Source of the DNA: Vitrella brassicaformis CCMP3155
Taxonomy: Eukaryota > Protista > Chromerida
Direction of reading: 5' to 3'
DNA: 13,700 nucleotides
NCBI GenBank assembly: GCA_001179505.1
Contig: CDMY01000876.1
Span: forward strand, 1-13,700
A program made the position numbers and the translations under genes. Positions within the stretch are counted from its first letter, which is position 1. Each line of letters starts with the position of its first letter. A model generated the notes under the pieces. It made no database searches. It saw nothing but the letters and a program-made list of their open reading frames with translations, and was not told the DNA's origin. Shown here piece by piece: positions 1-9,641 of the stretch.

Positions 1-130
1 GACTTCAAATTATAAATCAGGGTTTGCGGGGTTGTCTCCCTCGTCTCGTCGCGAAATATTATCTCGCCGCACCTTTGCATTGGCTTTCTCCGACCAGAGG
101 AATTGCCAAGCGCAGAGAGAATAGCTGCCG
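1..130 (+). repeat. Inverted repeat, left copy (partner 5848-5989); may extend beyond the window start
   Basis: 1-84 is the exact reverse complement of 5906-5989. Similarity resumes at 107-130 versus 5848-5871 (22/24). Confidence 0.95.
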
Positions 131-246
131 TCCTTTCAACGGCCAGGATCCTGTGGAGATTTACGGAGGCTTTGGTTGGCGCGATGCGGTCTTCGTCTTC
201 GTCTTCCACTCAGCAGCAGGTCCCTCGCCAGAACCGCAGCGGCAGC

Positions 247-758
247 ATGTCGGCCAGGGAATACGAGAAGCGTCTGAAGGTATGCATCTTCTGCATCAAC
301 ACACCGACCCCACCATACGGAAGGTCAATGGTGTGGACAGGAGGTGTTGTTGGAGGTCAAGAAGGCCCGCCGTCCGTCTGAGCCCGAGACCATCTCCCTC
401 AAAGGCATCTGGGACCCGCTCGAGTTCGCCGGAGGGCTGGACGGCTGCGGCGGGCTGTATCATGAGGCCCAGCAGGTGTGGAAGCAGAAGAAGGCCGCCG
501 TGGTGCACCCCTACAGCTCAATCATACTCACCAACGTACCCAAGACGGAGCGCAAATCCAACAACCGTAGGCTGCGCAGCACACGTCCATGGAGAGAGAT
601 GGAGGGGTGTGTGTGTGCGTGTTGTACAGGCTGGCGCGACTATGAGAAGGGCAACATGGGTGAGCTGGGCATCTGCAGTGGCGACTGTGGCGAGAATCAG
701 GCGCTGGCACTCGCTGTGAGGGCCAAGGATCCGGTACGACGAACACACGCACCCTCAG

Positions 759-795
<37 letters not shown>

Positions 796-1067
796 TCTGT
801 GTGTGTGCGTGTGTGTCAGTCTAAGGGCATAACGTTTGCGGATATCATGTCGGAGATGCAGGCATACGAGAATGGAAAAATGTGCTCATTCTACACTGAC
901 GAGACCGAGTGAGTCAGTCAGTCTTGCAACGCCATAAACACACGTGTGCATCGCGCGTGAAGTGATGCGTGATTGGTGCTATCAGGGCAGTGTCGTGTGC
1001 CCGTCGTGAGTACTGCGGTCGCTATCGGCTGGAGTACGGTCGCGACTACACCTACCTCGACCTCTGA
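247..1067 (+). CDS. Hypothetical protein, 177 aa, 5 exons (247-279, 341-566, 630-733, 820-908, 986-1067)
   Basis: Four GT-AG introns (61, 63, 86, 77 nt) with consistent phases give the open frame MSAREYEKRLKEVLLEVKKARRP...ETEAVSCARREYCGRYRLEYGRDYTYLDL*. No family recognised. Without the last intron the gene would stop at TGA 910-912. Confidence 0.75.
759..816. repeat. Compound (CT)n(GT)n microsatellite in intron 3 of the first gene
   Basis: Directly visible dinucleotide tracts immediately before the acceptor CAG at 817-819. Confidence 0.9.
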
Positions 1068-1382
1068 CCGAACCGCACAGCCACATTAGATAGAAGAAAC
1101 ACACCAACACCAACACGAGTCGATTGAGCCGACAGAAACAGAGAAGGAGAGACCGATGCGTGAGTGTGTTCGTGCCTTGTGTGTACAGCCAGCCTGCCTT
1201 TGCGCGTCGTATGTTTGCATGCCATCTCATGGGTATTCACCGATGTCATCCATCGCAGCTGTTCATGACGCACGAAAAGGAAAGACAGACAGACAGACGG
1301 ACGGACCGATAGAGCGGCTCCTCAGCACAGATTCATTCATGCGAATGATGAACGACATGAACGAATGGCTGCAAGCATGAGG

Positions 1383-1448
1383 TCGATTCGCCGCTCTCAA
1401 GTCCACCACGAACACGCCACTGCCCCCCAGACGAGCACTGCCATACAA
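1383..1448 (-). pseudogene. Possible highly decayed TLDc-domain C-terminal remnant
   Basis: Minus-strand LYGSARLGGSGVFVVD resembles LGGSEVFVADELEV, the end of the TLDc relic at 8566-8625. No intact frame around it. Confidence 0.3.
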
Positions 1449-1670
1449 ATTGATACCCCTGCTTCACGCACTTCATCAAAAATTCTATCTGCCTCTCTCT
1501 CGCCCTTCCTCAGATTGCAAAGCTGGACGAGAATCAGACAGTGACAGATGCAGAGCCTCTCTGTGCATCTGTCTGCCGTCGTCGCAGCCGAGATACGCCA
1601 TCTCGAGGCAACGGCCACAAACAACACCCTCCCCACCTCCCCTCATCTATCCATCCATCCATTCATGTAC

Positions 1671-3471
1671 TCATCTGAGCCGTGGCTCCCCGAAAAGGCT
1701 GCGTTTGTATCTGAACTCGGCCTTGCCGCGGTTGAGGAAGCCCAAACCCTCCGGCCCGCCCCGCCGCGCTCCCCGGTACTTGACATTGGGGTCGTCATAG
1801 AGGGGAATGCCACCAAAGCCCTTCCGCCACAACTCGGGCTTCCTCTCGCCTCCTGTGGCAGCGGCATCGCCGCCGGCAGCGAGCATCAGCTGCTGGGCGG
1901 GGGGGATGGCCATACCTGAAGCCAGGAGAGAGGGGTGCATGGATGAGTGGGTGTGGTGGTGGTGTTTTGGCATCCTCACCGTCGGCTGCGGCGACCTCTG
2001 CGTCGAATTCCGCGAGCTCTGTGCGGACGCGCTGCTCCTCCTGATACACACACGCACACACAGAAGGACGGCGCGTGTGTCTTTCCTCTGTTTGTTGTTG
2101 CGTTTGGTCTCATGGTCTGTCCTACATACCTGCAGTAGCCACATGGGTTTGATGTATCTGACTTTGCAGCCCCTGGCACGCATCACCTCCAAGTAGTGCA
2201 CCCACTTCAGATTCGGACGGGGCTGCATATGTGTGGCAACACACATACGCACACATATACACATGGATCGCCGCCCTAATGCGATGTGTGGTGTGGTGTG
2301 GCGGTACTGACCGTCTTGGGAAGCACTTCGAATTTGTATGGTCGGAGATGGGCACGCAGCGTCACTCGAGTGCGGTAGGTGATGTTGATCGAACCTGACA
2401 CGTACGTACATCAACAAGCAAACAGGTATGTATGCGAAGCGAATGAATGTATCCGCGCGTCCTGCCCGTGAGTGCACTTGCATACCTCCGACTTTGTTGA
2501 TCATGTCGATGGATGACTGATCCGCCCCCGCCACCTCTATGTCAATCTTGTAGGGGAACGGATAGTCATTCTGACAACACACACACACACACCCCACCCG
2601 TTTCTCACTGACACATGGGGGGACCGCCAGGATGACCTACTTACATAGTTGAAGAGCCGCACGCCCCTCTTGACCCGACAACACCGCGACTCGTGCAAAT
2701 GACGCTGCGTGATGGGAAACCTGCACACAACCAACAGAGGAACACCCATCCAGCCATCCATCTATCGACCATTCCCACCCCAGCTACCGCCTACCGTGTG
2801 TCGAGCAGCCCCCTCTCAATCCATTCCCTCAGCTTTGCCAAACTCAGGGGGTCCAGCCCCTTGCGCCGCCGCTGCATCCATGCCTCGGGCCACTTGGGCA
2901 GCCGCTTGAACAGAGGCGTGTTGCCGCCCTCAAACGTGCGGGCGCCTTGTCGGTAGTGCGGCGCGCTGTCGTGCTTGTACACTATGCCGCGCCAGTTCTT
3001 GCCGCGGCCAATCTTCTTGTGACCACGCTTCAAACCCTGACCAAGGCATGGAAGAAACACAAACACACTCACAAGAGAGAAGATTGCGGCATAGGAAACA
3101 GGCAGACGACCAGGCGGCTGCTGACGTCGGCTGACCTTTCGTCTGATATTTCTGGGTTCGATGGGAAAGAATGGCCGGTTGGAGAATGCGAAGCGGCGGT
3201 TGAAGGGGTGCGGCCGAAACTGACCCGTCTCCCCATCGTTGAACTGCTGATCTGTGTGATAACTCCTCCACCACTCCACATGCTGCAGGCGCTTCGGTGA
3301 GGCTGCAAAAAATGCAGATCTGCTCCCAAAAGGCGGAGCACCGATGGTGCTTGCGAGGCTGCTGACACATCGGGCAGCGACTCGTGGTGGTGCGGATGTA
3401 GCAGCGGCAGGTGAGGGGCAGAATGAGGGCAGCAGTGGTGCCGTGATGACCCGAGAATGCAGCGCCTTCAT
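1671..3471 (-). CDS. MRPL15: Mitochondrial large-subunit ribosomal protein uL15m, ~406 aa, 8 exons (3471-3136, 3036-2795, 2720-2645, 2570-2486, 2394-2312, 2222-2130, 2040-1980, 1915-1671)
   Basis: uL15 motifs: KIGRG...FEGGNTPLFKRLPK, LDPLSLAKLREWIERGLLD, YKIDIEVAGADQSSIDMINKVGGSINITY. The N-terminus is Arg/Ser/Ala-rich and acid-poor, like a mitochondrial presequence. Seven GT-AG introns with consistent phases. An alternative in-frame ATG lies at 3525. Confidence 0.9.
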
Positions 3472-3716
3472 AGCCGTTTCATTCAAAGATCCGCGACCAT
3501 TATCAGAGCCGGGGGAAATCCTCATCTGCGAGCTTAGCTGCACTTGAGCTCGCAGGTGAAAAGTGGCGCGCCTTCTTTCTAACTTTTGTGCCGCATCTGC
3601 CGTGCTTCGTGGGTTGAAGGGCCTCAGTGATGACAAATAGGTGATGATTCATCGTGAACGACTTCACTGAGAGTTCTTGCTTCAGCAGCGTGAGCGACGA
3701 GCAACAGTGGGTGTTG
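3472..3716. promoter_or_regulatory. Putative bidirectional promoter / 5'UTR interval
   Basis: 245 bp between the divergent start codons of MRPL15 (-) and the MGCSSS gene (+). Positional inference only. Confidence 0.5.
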
Positions 3717-5381
3717 ATGGGTTGCTCCAGCAGCAGGAGCGAGGACGCTGAGAGCTCCTACAGGGCCGCGTCGGCCAAATCTGACGGCGAGATCATACGA
3801 TTCGAAGACAGAGAGGGTGCCAGCGACCCGCTGATGCCTGACCCCGGTGAGTGAGGGAAAGGGACCTGTGCGTCATTCCATTCCATTGCAATCATGACTC
3901 TTGTGTGAGTGTTTCTCTGGTGTGTTTGTCTGCAGATTTTGGTTGGCGTCGCGTTCCCCCTGCAAACGGAGGGACGAATGGCGTTGTCCCCAAGCCGTCC
4001 AAGAGCCTGGCTCTACCGCGGTCCAGAGGCCGAGGGTCCGCCAGCCACCACCCCAGCCTGGACGACCCTTACACCTACATCGCCTTCACCAACGTGCGAA
4101 CGGGCAAATCGTGCTCGGTCAGCCCCGTGACTCTCAGCATCAACATAGCTGTGAGGGCATCCCGGCTGGCTACACGGTTTGGCATTGAGGTGCCCACCGC
4201 TGACATCGACACTCCGGTCAGTCGGCATGTGTGCGACGCTGCCAGTCTGCATCACTTGTACAATGCGTCTGTCTCTTCTGCTTTGTGTATGTCGTTCAAC
4301 AGCCCATTTATGCCCTTCTTCGCGTTCCTTCGGGCTACGGGTGGAAGCTGCTGCCGTCCCCCTCGCCATTGGCGCCCCAGCTTACCACCGGCCGTCGGCG
4401 GACCAAAGCCATGTCGGTCGGTGGCGTCGAGTCGCCACAGACGGGCCTCTCCCCGGGAATATCTCCCCGTTCGTCACCGGATGAGGCGGGCGGCGGTGAC
4501 GACTACCGGCGGCTGGTGAGGATGCGGCAGGAGGGCATGCCGACCGTCAGGACCGACCCTGCTGAGATGGGTGAGTGACCGGATGGGTGGGTGGGTGGGN
4601 NNNNNNNNNNNNNNNNNNNNNNNNNNNNNNNNNNNNNNNNNNNNNNNNNNNNNNNNNNNNNNNNNNNNNNNNNNNNNNNNNNNNNNNNNNNNNNNNNNNN
4701 NNNNNNNNNNNNNNNNNNNNNNNNNNNNNNNNNNNNNNNNNNNNNNNNNNNNNNNNNNNNNNNNNNNNNNNNNNNNNNNNNNNNNNNNNNNNNNNNNNNN
4801 NNNNNNNNNNNNNNNNNNNNNNNNNNNNNNNNNNNNNNNNNNNNNNNNNNNNNNNNNNNNNNNNNNNNNNNNNNNNNNNNNNNNNNNNNNNNNNNNNNNG
4901 AGATGGGTGAGTGACCGGATGGGTGGGTGGGTGGGTGGGTGGGCGATGTTCCATCCATTGTATGTTTCATGTGTGTTGTCGTTTCTGCTGCCTGGCTGCC
5001 ATGCAGCGATGAACATCCACGAGCAGCTGTTCCGCTTGGAGGGTCAATCGACGCACAGCCACTTCTTGCCGCTGGAGACTTTCTCATGGGACGTCATCAG
5101 ATCCTCAGACCCTCCAAACAGGGACGAGCAGCCCGCTGTCCAGGTACGCTATGCATGGGGGCCTGGAAGGCCGGTTGAATGTCATGTGTGCTGCCTTCCA
5201 TCCGTCCACTCAGGTTCGTTCGCCGGACGGCGAGGCGTGCTCGGTGGTGCCAGAGGAGATCATGATGAACACGGTGACCTGGGTCGTGACCACATACCTT
5301 ACACAGGCGCCGGCCTTCCCACAGATGATGGCCACACAGCCCAAAGCCAGGGGCCGACCTCTCACACTCACCAGTGGATGA
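3717..5381 (+). CDS. Hypothetical protein, ~327 aa, predicted N-myristoylated/palmitoylated (MGCSSS); 5 exons (3717-3846, 3936-4216, 4303-4570, 5007-5143, 5214-5381)
   Basis: GT-AG junctions with consistent phases (1,0,1,0) give one open frame ending ...RGRPLTLTSG*. The N-terminus has G2, C3 and S6. Intron 3 contains an assembly gap. Confidence 0.75.
4600..4899. other. Assembly gap (300 N), probably spurious
   Basis: The 36 nt before the gap (4564-4599) are repeated exactly after it (4900-4935) and end in a (GGGT)n tract. Confidence 0.85.
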
Positions 5382-5701
5382 GGACTCTTGCTGCAACCCT
5401 GTCGGTCGCTCATTTGTCCTGTGAGTGTGATCGCGTGCGTATGTGTGTGTGTGAGTTTTTCTCTGAGGTCGTCCCCGAAGAGTGCTCGCATGTGAGTTGG
5501 AGATTTCGGTGTGAGTCCATGCGTTTTTGCCTTTCGACTGCACTGGTCTTTTCCACGTTGGCTTTTGAGACGTGTGTAGAGGTGGTGTGGCGTACGTGCT
5601 GGTGGTGGACAGCGAGGAAGTGCCGCGGCCCTCTTTTTGGCCAGCTGCCGGTGGCTCTGTGTCAGGAAAGACCCCTATGTGGGCATTCGATTCATCGGCC
5701 G

Positions 5702-5741
5702 CCAACAGGACGTGACGGCCACCAACAGGACGTGACGGCCA
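5702..5741 (+). repeat. Perfect 20-bp tandem duplication (ccaacaggacgtgacggcca x2)
   Basis: Directly visible: 5702-5721 = 5722-5741. Confidence 0.9.
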
Positions 5742-5847
5742 CCAGACATGTGGCACGTGAACAAAGGAGAGGTCCATGCAGCACATCATGTCAGACACGA
5801 ACTTGCAGAGAAGCAAACGCAGGGGAAGCGAGTCGCCCGAACTGCGG

Positions 5848-5989
5848 CGGCAGCTATCCTCTCTGCCCTTGACTTTCTTCTATGGCCTCCTCTTGTCCGC
5901 AGAAGGCCAATGCAAAGGTGCGGCGAGATAATATTTCGCGACGAGACGAGGGAGACAACCCCGCAAACCCTGATTTATAATTTGAAGTC
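5848..5989 (-). repeat. Inverted repeat, right copy (partner 1-130)
   Basis: Reverse complement matches 1-84 exactly and 107-130 at 22/24. Confidence 0.95.
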
Positions 5990-6204
5990 AACTTTCACAG
6001 TTTCCGCCCCTCGTTAGGCTTTCCAGCTTCTTTCCGCCACGAACGCCTCGTCTTTTTTTCCTTTCGCCTGCTTGGTGGCTTATGCAACGCCCTTCACACT
6101 TGTCCGGATGAAATCTGTCCCTTCCTTCCCCGCCGCTATGCCGCGAGCGAGGCCTCATCAAACGACCGTCATCTCCTGAGTTCTGTTCATCCCTGCGGTT
6201 TTCC

Positions 6205-6236
6205 TGCGAGCTGAAGGACGAGATTGCAGGAGCTGC
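6205..6236 (+). promoter_or_regulatory. Conserved leader motif of the NOT1-like paralogues (copy A)
   Basis: tgcgagctgaaggacgagattgcaggagctgc is identical at 10548-10579 and matches 26/28 at 12802-12829. Each copy is followed downstream by a CAG-rich tract. The function is unknown. Confidence 0.55.
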
Positions 6237-6498
6237 GAAACTCAAGGGGGAGACATCGCAACCAGGAGAATAGCCGCCCAGTAGCAGCACACAGCAGTAG
6301 TAGTAGCGAGCATCCGGCCGACAGCCACGGCATCGCCGCTCGCTGCGTCCAGGAAGACGCCCAAGCTGACGCTCGCCTCTCCTTTCAGACTCGTGTCTCT
6401 CTCTGTCTCCTGAAACCGCTGCTGCGAAGCGAGACGGCCAAGAGACGGCAACAGCAGCAGCAGCAGGAACAAGAGCAGCACCAGCAGCAGCGACGACC

Positions 6499-7634
6499 AT
6501 GGGCGCCTCTGGCAGCAAGAAGGAGCTGACGGCCGAGAGCCACCCGCACCACCTCCTCCAAGACTTCCACGACCACCACATCGCCAAGAAGACGCCCACC
6601 CCGGGCTTCTGCTGCACCTGTGGAGCCCCGCCGCCTGCCGAGAAGCCTCCCATCGACGAGTTCAAGACGCTCATCTTCGCCCTCAGCAATGCCCCCGGCT
6701 GCGCCAACCTCAAGGTACGTTCGCGTGCGCAGAGGAGAGAGCAGCAACTTGAAGAGAAGGAATGAACCCGTCGCCATTCGTCTGTCATCATGTCTGTCAT
6801 GTGTTGGTTTTCTTGTGTGTGCGTGTTGCCCGCAGGGCAGGGAGGCAGCGCAACTGGTCACGGAGGACAACGTGCACCACCTGGCCTTCATGGTGATCGA
6901 GCGGGCGGCGGCCACTGAGAGGAGCGAGGACCGCACCACCCTCGCGACGTTCCTCGACGCCATCGATTCCCTACAGCCAATCCCCTTCGCCATCTCCAAG
7001 ACCAGCGGGCTGGTGATGAAGGCCATCGACCACCTGTCGGAATACGCCACCTGCAGCCCCACCGCCGACGACGTCAAGAACAGGAGGACACTGGCCAACT
7101 TGGGGGACTTTGCCGGCAAGCTCCTCGCCAAGCTGGACCATCATGCCGCTGCCCCCTTCACCGAACGCCTCCCCGCAATGCTCGAGAAGGCGTGCAAGGA
7201 CGGGCGACTGCTGACGGTCGTCCCCCTTGTATGCAACATCATGCAGCACATATCGAGCATCGGCATTGGTGATGACGACGTGTTGGGCATGCTAAAGGAG
7301 ATCGTGGAGCTCCCTACCATTCGGCTGCAGCTGGAGTTCGACATCGTGCGGCTGTTCAAGCAGCTGGACATCAACATCGAGACTCTGCGGACGACGGGGC
7401 GAGTGAGGGCTAAGGCGATGGCGGCGCCACAGGCAAGTCGTGGGGTCTCCATCCCTCCACTCAGGTTCGTTCGTCTTTGGGGGGATAGTGGTTCATCGCG
7501 TAGAGGATCTGCTGGATCCCCATGTGCGGATGATCGACTTGGCATGCTGCGTGTGTGTGCAGCATCGCTGCTTACATTTTATATTCCGATGGCTGTGTTG
7601 TTGGTTCCGTCGTGCTCACTCTGGTGTGGATTAG
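6499..7634 (+). CDS. Myristoylated stand-alone CNOT1 (NOT1) CAF1/DDX6-binding MIF4G-domain protein, copy A, ~271 aa plus a short tail; exons 6499-6714, 6836-7432 and a tentative 7563-7634
   Basis: Starts MGASGSKK. By-eye alignment to the CNOT1 MIF4G domain as recalled: KPPIDEFKTLIFALSN ~ EPPENIQEKIAFIFNN; MVIER ~ LVMKR; RRTLANLGDFAGKL ~ RSLLKNLGHWLGMI; DGRLLTVVPLVCNIM ~ ELLYVVPFVAKVL; IRLQLEFDIVRLFKQLDINI ~ [20 protein letters not shown]. GT-AG intron 6715-6835. The 3' end depends on a GC donor at 7433; unspliced read-through stops at 7657. Confidence 0.8.
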
Positions 7635-8079
7635 GCAGACTGAATGGGTATGACTGACGGGCGCTGTGAGGGGCGTGCAGACCGATGACATCTGGATGAA
7701 TTTCTGTTAGCCAAGAGAGTCCATTGACGGATAAGTGTATAATACACACACGCATAGCATCCGGGGGAGGGGGTCCCCTCACTCACGCAGCACTAAGAAC
7801 AGAACGTGATGACACCGAAACAGCGCCCATGCAGCGTGAAAGATGGATAATAGCAGGTCTCTCTCATGCACTTTACAGTCAGGACTTCCATCCACCTCGT
7901 CAGCTACGGACCTATCTGCACTCAGCACTCACGAACGCCGTCGTTACCGACAGACAGCCACAGATCGACGCCCACGGACCGACATGACTACATCTTCCCA
8001 TCGTGCACATCCGTCCGTCGCCCGCCCCATCGCCACCATCAAGTGACCCACACCCTGGGTGGGGTGGGTGCATCCCCAT

Positions 8080-8221
8080 GTTTGTCGTCCAGCGTCTTTG
8101 TGGTGGCGCCAGCTGGAAGTGTCGGCAGGCGGCCGGACGCCGCCGCTGATGTAGACGCCGAGCACGTATGTGTCCTTACGGACGATGATCAGCCAACACA
8201 ATGGAGCCGTTGACAGACGAC
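8080..8221 (-). pseudogene. TLDc-domain relic (internally deleted fragment)
   Basis: The acceptor CAG is followed by SSVNGS (cf. SSVDGS at 9040-9059), then frameshifted LIIVRKDTYVLGVYISGG, which resembles the TLDc 'llivk...vFGaf' segment. Confidence 0.55.
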
Positions 8222-8565
8222 CTGCGCTTGACAGACAGACAGACACACACACACACGACTCTTCATCTACACTCATAGTGCGGACGTTTGTGAGTGGTTG
8301 TGTACCGGTAGATGAGGGTGAGTAAGACATCGCGGTCTCTGCGTTCGCGCCAAAAAAGACTGAAACTTCAGTCACGCGAAGCTGCGGCCTATCCACACAC
8401 ACTCTGAACGGTGTCCACACACACATACATGTCGCTGTGTGTGTACACATTCGCTTCTCCACGGACAGCGAAACGAACCACGAGGGAAAGTCAAGTAGAG
8501 AGAGCTATACAGATGCCCTCAGGTACCCATGCACCACAGGCAGCAGCGGGGCCCGCACTGCTCTC

Positions 8566-9220
8566 TCACCGTACGGCCCGGACCTCCAGCTCGTCCGCCA
8601 CGAACACCTCACTGCCCCCAAGTGGCACAGGCAGTGCCAGGCTTATCTGTCCCCTCTCCCAGGTAATATCCGTCCCCATCCGTAGGCAGCCAGGTCATGG
8701 GCAGACGTCAGCAGCATAGCTAGTGCTGCCGTCCCCGGACCCCAGCCACCCAACACCCACACATCCCAGTGGCCGGCCACGATTCTTCTCCCTAGCCGCC
8801 ACCTCCACAACTGGGGGATGGGAGAAATGGGGCATCTCGCTCCTTCTCGGTGTGGAGTAGTGCCGGGACAGCGAGAAGAACCACGAGTCAGTCACTTCAA
8901 TACTGGCGGCTCATCGTCTGGTCGGCAGGCAGCACAATGCCGCGAGTGACTGACGTCAGTGCCGAACAAAGTCAGCAGGTTGCGGACCATGATCAGTAGG
9001 GACCTCCTGCCGGCCACACGCTCGAGGAAGTCATGATACTTGGAGCCATCTACAGACGACTTGCACCACACACAGACAGACAGACAGACACGAGCCTTGA
9101 TCTGCACTGAGTGCGCGTTTGTGTTGGTTTGTGTTGGTTTGTCTTTCGCCCATCGCATGGCCCGCTGCCGCTGTCCGCCGGTACATGTACTTCCATGCCG
9201 ATGAAGAGGCCGCCATCCAC
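8566..9220 (-). pseudogene. TLDc (TLD) domain pseudogene, copy 1, cut at 9220/9221
   Basis: Ordered TLDc motifs: WKYMYR|SSVDGSKYHDFLERVAGRRSLLIMVR, then WFFSLS, VVEVAARE, SYAADV, then LGGSEVFVADELEVRAVR*. There is a frameshift near 8890, an internal TGA at 8695-8697 and degenerate splice sites. Confidence 0.7.
8742..9220 (+). repeat. ~480-bp direct repeat, copy 1 (partner 9944-10417)
   Basis: Near-identical by eye, with a handful of substitutions and small indels, including one in the (GACA)n/(CA)n tract. Confidence 0.95.
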
Positions 9221-9641
9221 CACTACCCGACAAGGTGCGGCGAAAAGCTGGAGTTCCGGCCGGAAAGCTGAGAGGAGGCGGGGAAAGCTAGCTAGGCCCA
9301 CAGAAGGCTAGCTAAGCCCGCGGAAAGCCAGCCAGCCACCCGGAAAGCTGGCCAGACCACCCGGAAAGCCAGCTTTCCAGGTCTCCCTGCCAGCTTGCCA
9401 GCCAGAAAGCTGGATGTCCAGCCGGAAAGCTGGCCAGACCACCCGGAAAGCTGGCCTTCCGGGCCTCCCTGCCAGCTTGCCAGCCGGAAAGCTGGCTGTC
9501 CCGCCCTCCTGTGTGCTCAGAGGGCGGAAAGCTGGCCTTCTTCACTGATGCGAAGGCCTCCACGGACAGCCCTGCGACTCTCTTCATGAGTCATTGACTG
9601 TCAGTGAATGAATGCCATGCATTGGCTCCATCGGTCCAAAA
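9221..9641 (+). mobile_element. Putative left end of a CACTA/EnSpm-like element with a subterminal repeat array
   Basis: Starts CACTAC exactly where the duplicated TLDc segment breaks. About 12 CGGAAAGC(T/C)-type motifs at ~20-21 bp spacing (9241-9534). The right end is not visible because of the gap. Confidence 0.45.

Noticed and set aside
2193-2201. gtagtgcac as the right end plus TSD of the CACTA-like element
   Set aside because: It lies inside an MRPL15 exon and on the wrong side of the insertion; chance match.
3472-3636. N-terminal extension of MRPL15 from the ORF track
   Set aside because: The track start at 3636 is TTG. The ATG at 3525 would add SDNG/NE residues atypical of a presequence, so 3471 is preferred though not proven.
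4564-4935. Apparent duplicated exon end/donor on both sides of the gap
   Set aside because: Identical 36-mer ending in (GGGT)n; best explained as an unmerged contig overlap.
5097-5816. Minus-strand gene driven by the right inverted repeat
   Set aside because: No convincing exon chain or protein-like sequence found; a non-coding transcript cannot be excluded.
4474-5872. Long ORFs spanning the first N gap
   Set aside because: Artefacts of translating N as X; the gap flanks overlap by 36 nt.
6001-6038. Repeated tttccgcc motif (6001, 6031, also 10483) as E2F-like sites
   Set aside because: Does not match TTTSSCGC exactly, is absent before copy C, and is too short to support in GC-rich DNA.
5988-7545. 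Long minus-strand ORFs opposite copy A, and similar ones at 11587-11976 and 13108-13467
   Set aside because: Antisense shadows of GC-rich coding exons and CAG tracts.
8695-8697. In-frame TGA in the TLDc relic as selenocysteine or recoding
   Set aside because: Accompanied by frameshifts and damaged splice sites; ordinary decay.
9241-9534. CRISPR-like regular repeat array
   Set aside because: Eukaryotic context, repeat core only ~8-10 nt, spacers short and related to each other, no cas genes.
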